NCBI GenBank assembly: GCA_030141605.1
Contig: JAQGDQ010000395.1
Coordinates: 124,001-188,000 of the forward strand
Reading direction: 5' to 3'
DNA length: 64,000 nucleotides
DNA from: Tubiluchus corallicola
Lineage: Eukaryota > Animalia > Priapulida
Below are positions 55,036 through 64,000 of the stretch, piece after piece; positions within the stretch are counted from its first letter, which is position 1, and each line of letters opens with the position of its first letter. The notes beneath the pieces are model-generated. The model made no database searches and was not told the origin of the DNA. It saw only the letters and a list, made by a program, of their open reading frames with translations. The position numbers and the translations under genes are program-made.

Positions 55036-58000
55036 TTGTCAACACAACCGAGCGCATATAGCGACGGCTTTATCCACCAAAATACATTAACATGAGAGTT
55101 TGCAGCTGAGGTTTCGCTATTAGCTCAGCATTAAACAGTATTACCATAGCGTGAGGCACTAAATCCATCCTATATACTTGATTACCGCGCTAGTTGATTA
55201 GCTGAGATTATATCTCATGTGATGCAAGCTGATGACTTCAGTTACCTAGGTTACAACTGATGTCGAAATCGCTTCAGCGTGACAATACAAATAATGCGTC
55301 TTTTGACAATTTCCTTCGTCCAAAAAGTAGTACTATGGCACAAACTTATATGTGACTGCTTTGTGATTGCTTAAAATGAACTTGTGTGGGTAAGTTAGAA
55401 CAATATCGCGCCGAAGTGAGGTACTGTCGATAGATCACCACGATAAAGAATTATTTTTTAAGAACTTTTCAAATTTACGCTGTAGTGGTAGAATCGAATT
55501 TTCGAAGTTAGACAGCTTCAGCACGATAAGTTTTTTGTGCTAAAGGAAGTAACTTTCATTTAGCATTCTCGTATTAGCGTATAACCTGATTGCATTTACA
55601 AAAATTCACAGAATAGCAGGTTCAACAGACCATCGAATTGATATTAAAGGCCGCGAAATGGTTGTACCGTTGTACCGAAATGCTGGTACATCGCAGTTTA
55701 TAAACGTTATCGAATTGAAAATCTAAAATAGAAATTTAATTGTCTGTAACTATAACAATAGTTATTAAAAATAAGCCTTTTGCACATGTTTTAGTGAAAG
55801 AGTTTGTAAGTTTAGCATTGAAGTGACATTGGGGAGGTGATACGACATTTCGTAATTAGTCAATATTGAACATATGCTGCATCTACGTTTTAAGATGACA
55901 ATTCGTCATCTTTCACCCAGCAACAGCTGTTAATTGACCAAAAGAGATCTTACATAGAACGTTAGTAAGTTTTGTTTGCCTTCCAATTTCGTACAAACAG
56001 CAAACTGTTGAGCAAAAAATGAATCAATAATGCGCAGCTCTCTTGCAGCTGTTAGCAAAACACACAAATCAGCATGATTGACCATAGCAGAAATTGCACA
56101 ATTACCATTAGTGTATGGCACTCTGGTAGATGACAGTGAGGGGGCGACCGGAAACCGCGATTCACAACACGGAAGTATCGAAAATCTTCACGAATACGCG
56201 CAGATGGGAAGCAGCGAAAACAAAAGGGGCTCTCTACACTAACTTCAAGACAATTGCCAAGCTGCAGGTAACGCGCATGTTTACTTCGGGGCTGCCTCAA
56301 GGCAAACCTTTGCGTCCGCCGTTGATTACAGCGAAGATCTGACTACAATATCTTTGCAAATTATACCCAGATACAACGTGCACTCGTACTAAGATGAAAT
56401 CAACATGCACATTAGGAATATATTGCCAGCGAGTAATTTAGCTAGCCTGCTTATTTACTTTGATGTTTTGCTCTTCAGTGTGGTGTATGTGCGAGGATTG
56501 TCTGATTGGATTTTTGTCATTGTAGGCAAGCACATTGCAAGCGTTGTTGACCTACATGTTAAAAATTGTTACTTGAGGGCACTGCTAGGGTGCTGAAATA
56601 ACAAAATTGAAAAGAACAAAAGAATAAATTCGAGTGAGAAAAATTATCAGTTCATTTTTTATTTTTGGACAAGTCGTGTTTAGGTAAAATTGGAAGAATG
56701 AAACGCTGCAAATTTCGTTTTAGTGCTCGAACTGCGACAGGTTTTTTTTTCAAGTTGCCCAGGAATCTTTAAAATTTCCGACTTTTACATTTAGTGCATC
56801 AAAATTAATTGCTTGTAGTGTGTTAATATTTTTTACATATATTTTAAACTTTTTCAGCCCAAAATTGTTAAGTTCTTATCCTCTGAAATTGTCATTTTTC
56901 TTTATTGGTTGTTTCTCGTCACATTTTCTCTCTTCAATATGCATTTATGAATAGAAGCCATGCACTGTGCGTGTTCGATTAACCTCCTTTTTATCTAGGC
57001 TCTTGAGGCAAATATTTTGCTTGAAATGGTTCGAATTTGGTGTTTATTAAACGTTATCTACTCCCATTTTTCATATTTGACGTGATTATGTTTTTCAGGT
57101 AACTACTAGTGTGCCTGATATTGCTATTCAATTTTTCAGAGTTTGATGTTTATTGTTTAAAAAATCCGTTTCACGTGTCATTTGGTTGTTCTCAGTTTAA
57201 TTTTCCTCTCGCTGCAGCTTGTTTTATCTTACCACTCACAACAATACGACAGCCAGCTTACATTTACTTTTAGGTTAAACGACCTCAGTGTTGGAGAAGC
57301 TGTTCTTTTTTGCTTAAGTTGCTTTCCCGATTTTCGTAATTTATTGAATAAAATACATCAGAAATCATATTCCAATCCACAAAATTTACTCAAGTTTATT
57401 TTATAACACAGCTTAGCCAAACAAGATGGCTGTTATGTTGAATTTCTTATAGGCTGTAATATTTTTTAAATTGTTTGGGGACGCAAGAATTGATGTCGAT
57501 AGTGCATGAACACTTCATATTTCCCCAGTTTCTCTCCTCCGTCGAACCAATAAGTTTCACCTGAAACCTTGCTTTTGTTTCAGAGAAGCTCAATTTGTGT
57601 AAATTCTGGTCGATTAGTGATCGAGGTTGATCTTGTCAAAAAAGAACTTATTTTGCTTCTGGAACCTGACGCTGCTGCCAAACCTTTGGCTCAAGGGCTC
57701 AGACAGAGGAAATCCACTTTGGCATTCTTTACGATAAAAACATGGCATTCTTTACGATAAAAAACAATCTACAGCCACAATGCTACGTTTCTTCTAAAAC
57801 GATGTAATAAAATTGACGTTAATATACTGGACTACCATATTTGTCAATGAGACTGCAATCATTACACAGACAACTTTCATTTACCTGCAGACCCTTTATT
57901 GTTATTATTTTAAACTCGAAATACGAACACGATGTGCGTCATGAAAAAGGCTGATAAGCTTGATAAAAGCCAGGTGGAAGTATGAATCTCAAAACTTATT

Positions 58001-59163
58001 CTTGGGGATTTTTACTTAGGCACTAGAGGATGTTACTCGTTTCTCGATGGTATAAATGTAAATTAAAAATAAATATCTCACGACTGTTGTTATGACAAAA
58101 TGTTAAACTTTTATAATAAAAATGTGGTGCCTCTGTCATAGCCTGAGACTGCCTCCTTTGTTTTTTAATTCAGAATTGCTGCTGTAATCGGCTTGTTCGA
58201 CTGATTAAACGGGAAATCACGAGATCACAATAGAGGAAATCTTCTCCCAAATCCTGTTCCTATTTAATTACATTCAGCATTTACTTGATAGCTGTGAAAG
58301 TCATGCATGAGGTTGAAGTTGCACACTTTGTAGAAAACGAATAAACACTATATTACATATGTGCACAAAAACTGAAACACGTTTATTACACTGCATAGAC
58401 ATATGTAAAATGACTGCTAAACTACACACTGAGAACCAGAGTGTCCTGCACTGATCACTAAGATTTAGACAGTGGCTAGAAGTAAAATCCAGCCAGTATA
58501 TACAGGTAGAGAACTATGCAAAACTTGGCTTCACAAATACCATTACAGTAAAAATAGGGGGAGATCCAGTGAGTATGCATATTCACTGGACCGAGCAATT
58601 GTACTAGGGGTGAGTTTAACTAGTAAAATGTAAAGTGATTAGTCAATAGCAGCATCTAAAATATGCAGTTACAACTTTTACAATAGCCACGTACGCCAAA
58701 GTCTGCGAATACGAATAAATATGACTACTCCTGCTGTTTGTTTTGAACCTCTTAAAGTACACAGAAAATGTCAGCCATGTCTATGTAAAATTTATGGTAC
58801 AGCTTTTACTTAAGGTCTGTAATGAGATTGCCAGATATTGATCTAATAACCTTTGGCAGGTGCAATCTCAGCTGTATGACGCATTGTAGATGCCGCAAAC
58901 ACAAACGGAAATTGTGCTTATCACGAGTCATGTAACCGGATACAGACACTTTTATTAGTAGCCTTTCAACTCTAAAAAGAGCTGACGCCCGAGCACTAGA
59001 ACTAATTAAGAAAATGGAAAATTGGAATAAATGTTCAATCTTGTGAAATCTTGATCTGTCTAACCTGACAAGCAAACAATATAACAACACTTTTCTGCAC
59101 CGGGCAGATAGTTTCTCATACTTTTTACAGTTTTGTTTTAGCTTTCTTCGGGTGGTTATTCGA

Positions 59164-59642
59164 TGTTGTGTTAATACGAAAATAATGATGTTCAGATCGC
59201 ATGCGTGTCAATTTCACGCATGCGCAATACAACTACACTTCTTAAAGGTCGCTCTCAATAATGCATTTCGTAGGTTGTTGCGGAGATCGCTGGCATCTAT
59301 TAGAATTAAATAGAACATTGTAGAATGTTCCATTAGAATAATCGTCTTACCTTGTAGAATGTTGTAGAAAGAAACTTCTGGAATGTTCCCTGGCACGCTA
59401 TCTAAGGCAAAGCAGGCCGCTGAGACACACACAGATTCACACGGACGCCACTTACACATTCTCTTCTATACTTGTATTTTCAGATACACTCAAACGTTTT
59501 CCAGATTTTCACGTTTACTGTAAACATTTCGCGTTCCTTCATACTTTTGCGTTGTAGAATTCTCGTTTAATAAACTAGTTTAATTTGACGAAGTGTGTTC
59601 TGGTTTTCTCTACGAGCCTTCCGAGAGAAACAAAACACAACA
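59164..59642 (+). mobile_element. Putative solo LTR
   Basis: Perfect 9-bp inverted termini TGTTGTGTT...AACACAACA; AATAAA at ~59569; TAGAA(T/C)(G/A)TT repeats; TSD not preserved. Confidence 0.62.
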
Positions 59643-60100
59643 TAGGTTCTTCAACATTTTGGGAAGATGCAGCATAAGTGAAAAATTTGGAAATTATAAT
59701 TTTCCTACTTATGATGTTATTAGACGAAAGATAACAGGATCCTTTATATATGGGCTGTCAGAAATAACTAATAATATAATTGATAAATTGTATGTTCACT
59801 CTGCATGTCACAATACAGTTGGACGGACGAATTGGTACAAACTTTGTTGCATTATGAAATCAACATCTTTTACCATTTAAAGGTGATTTTTAATGGGTTT
59901 TATGCCTCTGTATGTTGTATTTTTAGTGATTTGTCTTGTGTTTTTATGTTTTGTGTCTGGGTACATATGTATGTATATATGTAAATATTTTACTAGTTTC
60001 TATCGTAACTTTACAGTATAGTTGAGTGTTTTTTAATTTTTATACATTGCTATGTACTTTTAAACGAATGAAGTAAATTTAAAATAAATAAATAAATAAA

Positions 60101-60325
60101 TCGTACTCGCGTTGAAAAGATTTTCTTTCATTTTAAATCTCCCACCATGCTGATCCGACCGCGCCATTACATGACGTCATATACGCACAACGTAAATCAG
60201 GAGGAGAAAAGGAAATGTTAAACTGTGTCCCGAAAAACTTTCCATTCAAAGTTATGTTACTTAGCTTTTCGTTCACCTGCTTAAAAGACTTATGTAACTA
60301 GAAAAGAAAATTATTAATTATTTAA
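60101..60325 (+). mobile_element. Internal fragment of Kolobok-like MITE family A
   Basis: Shares TGACGTCATATACGCACAACGTAAATCAGG...TATGTAACTAGAAAA with the other copies. Confidence 0.8.
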
Positions 60326-60384
60326 TACTTTATTTCTGAGCCAATTAAAAATCGTCAGCATGCAAGTTTATAATTTAATAATTA

Positions 60385-60396
60385 TAATGATGATGT

Positions 60397-60429
<33 letters not shown>

Positions 60430-60494
60430 CGATGATAATAATGATAATGATGATAATGATGATGATAATAATGATAATAATAATAATGATGATA

Positions 60495-60529
<35 letters not shown>

Positions 60530-60640
60530 AATGATGATGATGATAATAATGATAATAATAATAATGATGATAATAATGATGATGATGATGATGACGATGA
60601 TGATGATGATGATGATGATGATAATGATGATAATAATGAC

Positions 60641-60735
<95 letters not shown>

Positions 60736-60795
60736 TTATGATGATGATGATGACGACGACGACAACAACAACAACAACAACAACAACAATAATAG
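60385..60795. repeat. Compound (GAT)/(AAT)/(CAA) microsatellite
   Basis: Direct reading. Confidence 0.97.
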
Positions 60796-61126
60796 TAAAC
60801 TGGGTTGGCAAAGAAAACCAACCTTGCAACCCATAGTCGCACGGTACCGGTCTGTCTTCACCTCACCTGATACCTTTTGCTTACTGATCCTTCTATAATT
60901 TCTGACGTTTGTGGCAATCTAGGCACACACATAGGTGCAAAGTTCATACACTTTAATAAAATGACAAGGCGTAGATAAATATTAATGATAAGAATAGGCG
61001 CAATTAGTAAATAATCGACAATAAAGAAGAAAAGGAAGAAGAAAACGATGTGCATCTTTAATTTATTTATCATTAATTTAATTAGTTAATTAATTAATTA
61101 ACTATCAATGGTCTTGATCCTCTTAA

Positions 61127-61475
61127 AGGAAAAACTAACCCTCGAACAGCACATGAAATATTAACATTAAAAATATTGAAATCACCACACAATATATGCG
61201 CGTAAAATGTTTTGCTTAAAATGTAAAAGAAATTTAAATACTTTTTATCTCCCACCAAACGAACGTCGCTGCCGGCATGTTTGAAAAAAAATGACGTAAG
61301 CTGGTGTCTGCTGGGCAGCGTGAATGTTGTGAAGGCAAGCTGTGTGAAGCTACGCGTTGAGAAATTTCTACAGTTCACTCAGAAGTTCTGTTATTCTAGC
61401 TTTGTATTTAACTGTGTTTATGTAAAAATTAGTCATTTGATCAATTATAACCAAGTTTAAAGTGGTTACATACCT
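61127..61475. mobile_element. Possible Kolobok-like MITE (single copy here)
   Basis: TTAA|AGGAAAAACTAACC ... GGTTACATACCT|TTAA. Confidence 0.45.
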
Positions 61476-62858
61476 TTAACCCACAGGATTATACCGTAAA
61501 ATATGTAAGTAGTATACATTAATTGCGTAAATGTAATTAATTTACAGATTTTTGTTGACTTTCAGATAAGCATGTAAACTTGCGAGCATACAGTAGGTGC
61601 CGGGTGGTTTACTTAGTTTATAGAGTTCGCTAATTGCTGAAGCATTTGGCAGATTAACTGTTTATATTGCACGGTAACCAGATGACGTCATTTTCACTAA
61701 AATGAGCGCGCCCAAGCGTGAAGTGATCGCCATTTTAATTTGAAATTATTAACTACACGAGGCGCTTATCACAATTTCATTGCTGAAACTTTCCAACATT
61801 TTTCTCAAATATTAGAATCAGCTCAACTTCCCCAGAGACTTGACTTTTGCTTTAAACGTTTTTAAGTGGTTATGCGGCTTTTGCTTTAAGCAAAGATAAA
61901 TAGTCATTTAGAAACAATGGTCGCTTAAATCACGTCGCCAATGCTAGACTGCACACATAAAAAGGTATGTTCTTTCCATTCAGAACATCAAGACCTGCCA
62001 AATTCTTGTTCACATCGAAGTCACAGTGCTAACGTTATTTCAATTTTAGTAGACAAAGGAAGAAAAACAGCTCTAGAAGCGGCAGTAGTAGCCACTCGTG
62101 AAGCTTTATAAAGTTTTTCGTACCTGTATAAGCATAAATAACGAAAAACAATAAAAAGAATGGTTGAATCTACACATTCAGCAAAAACTGCATGGAGAAA
62201 ATACCACGAATTTCTGCCCGCAAAGAGAAAGTGAAACAAAAATATTTCACTGCAGCAGGATTTGTTTAAGAAAGCAATCTTCCAGCCGCCTTACTTTAAA
62301 ACTATTTAAACTTGTGCAAGATTGAATTGAGCAGACAAAGGAGTCCTTGGCGAACGCCGTCTTGAGTCTGACAGAGAGTTTCGTCTCGCTGAGCTGTTCA
62401 AACAATTGGTGAGGATAGATAACGTTAAATCACGCACACGATTTCCCAAGTTATTACTTAACTATTTGACTTACTACTCATTCAGTGGGTCCATAACACA
62501 CGCTTACTTGTCTGTTAATCGGTTCGTCCGACTGCAACTCGTCGGGCAGGTGCCCTGAAATGAAGACGAGACGACAGCAGACCAGTAATGACTGATTTTT
62601 GGTCAAGAGGTCAGCATCTAATGATATCAGCCCTGCGACAATCGTTAACCTGCCTGACTTTTTCAGGTGTTTTGCACGAGTACAAATCTAATGTGGATTG
62701 AGTCTACGCTGGTTGTTACTCTGAGCTGAGTTGTGACATGATAGCAGATATCTTCATGTTTCTCAGATACGTACATTGCTAATGCAATTCATGTAAAATT
62801 GCTATTTATGGCTTTTAAAAGAAAAACGTTGCAGACTTTTTCACAACGACATAGTTAT

Positions 62859-63269
62859 TGTTGCAGGTACAAATGTTTTGGTCCATTACCCCTTCCAAAG
62901 GTAATATATGCATTAGAAGCCACAATATATTAGACTGTAGTTCAACAAGCTAGACTACTTTTTCTACTCTGACATTGCATAGGTGGAACTTGTTATGTAC
63001 ACACGTCTCTGTTACATTTAAAATTTGATTTATAATTATACTGCTGCCTTTTACTGACATTCTGGCTTTTTCTCGACTCAATATTGGACCAACAATGTAT
63101 GTATGCATTTTAGCTTTTTAGTGTAACGTAGTAATCTGTAGCACTTATTTTCTAGCACTTATTTCAGTAGTTTTGTAGAGGTAGTAATTGTAGACTACAG
63201 AAAATTTGAACTTTTTGCAGAATAAACTAACAATGGGAACACAACTTTGGTTTGAGCGTATACATTACA
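62859..63269 (+). mobile_element. Solo LTR, copy 2, 411 bp with 5-bp TSD (BEL/Pao-, Copia- or Gypsy-type)
   Basis: GTTAT|TGTTGCAGG...TACATTACA|GTTAT; AATAAA ~45 bp before the end. Confidence 0.92.
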
Positions 63270-64000
63270 GTTATCAATGTACAGGGTAGGGCAAAACTTG
63301 TGGCTTACTCTATTGATCAAATATTCATCTGCCAAAAAACAGATACAAAATGTCACAAATTTTTGCATGCCCACAGGACAGTGCACAAAAACTTAATTTG
63401 GAGTTTTTTTTGTATACAAGCATAAATAAAAAATCATACTTTCTAAATTTGCGTTATAGTGTCATCGATTTTTTTGTATCAATGAAAGGCTTTATCTATA
63501 TAGTTGCTATAATATCGTTGCCAAATGTTACCAAACACCTATGCTATTGCCTAAACAGGCTAATTCTCAAAATTGCCCTCACGTATATTGTTCTCATAAA
63601 ATTCGAGTTCAAAAAACGCCTACAAACTATAAAGGCAAAAATTATTGGTCAGATATTTTTCGTCTACTCACTTGACAATTCATTAGCAACAGCGGAAATC
63701 AATACACCGGACGTATTATAGCCGGCGGTTGTTTAACGTTTGAAATGCAGTTTCAACTTCGTTTGAAAGTCAAGAGGCAGCAACGAATGGAAGTCGCCAC
63801 GTTTTATGTACAACAAAACAGTAAGTTGAGAACATTAAACGAATTTTGTGAGCAAAACGCACGGCAACAATGAATATTAACGAATATAAACCGCGCATGC
63901 ACAGAAATAAAAGTTCATCGCATTTTACTTCGAAACAATAACTGATGCATCAACAGATATAATTGATACATTAACAGGGTGGTTTGCATGAGGAGGAGAA

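Overview
AT-rich, repeat-dominated eukaryotic (invertebrate metazoan) intergenic or intronic DNA. The 5S-derived sequence looks bivalve/lophotrochozoan-like, which is a low-confidence inference. No intact protein-coding gene can be supported, and nearly all long ORFs in the track are microsatellite or minisatellite artefacts. The window contains: four copies of a ~550-bp SINE built from a 5S rRNA head plus a bipartite RTE-LINE body; two fragments of a second RTE-clade family; several TTAA-flanked Kolobok/T2-like MITE families; a TTA-flanked PIF/Harbinger-like element; a TIR element present twice in inverted orientation; solo LTRs (two with target-site duplications); a decayed ankyrin-repeat-like remnant; and many micro- and minisatellites. 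Several minisatellites appear to originate from transposon segments or hairpins. All alignments and identities were judged by eye; no database search was run.
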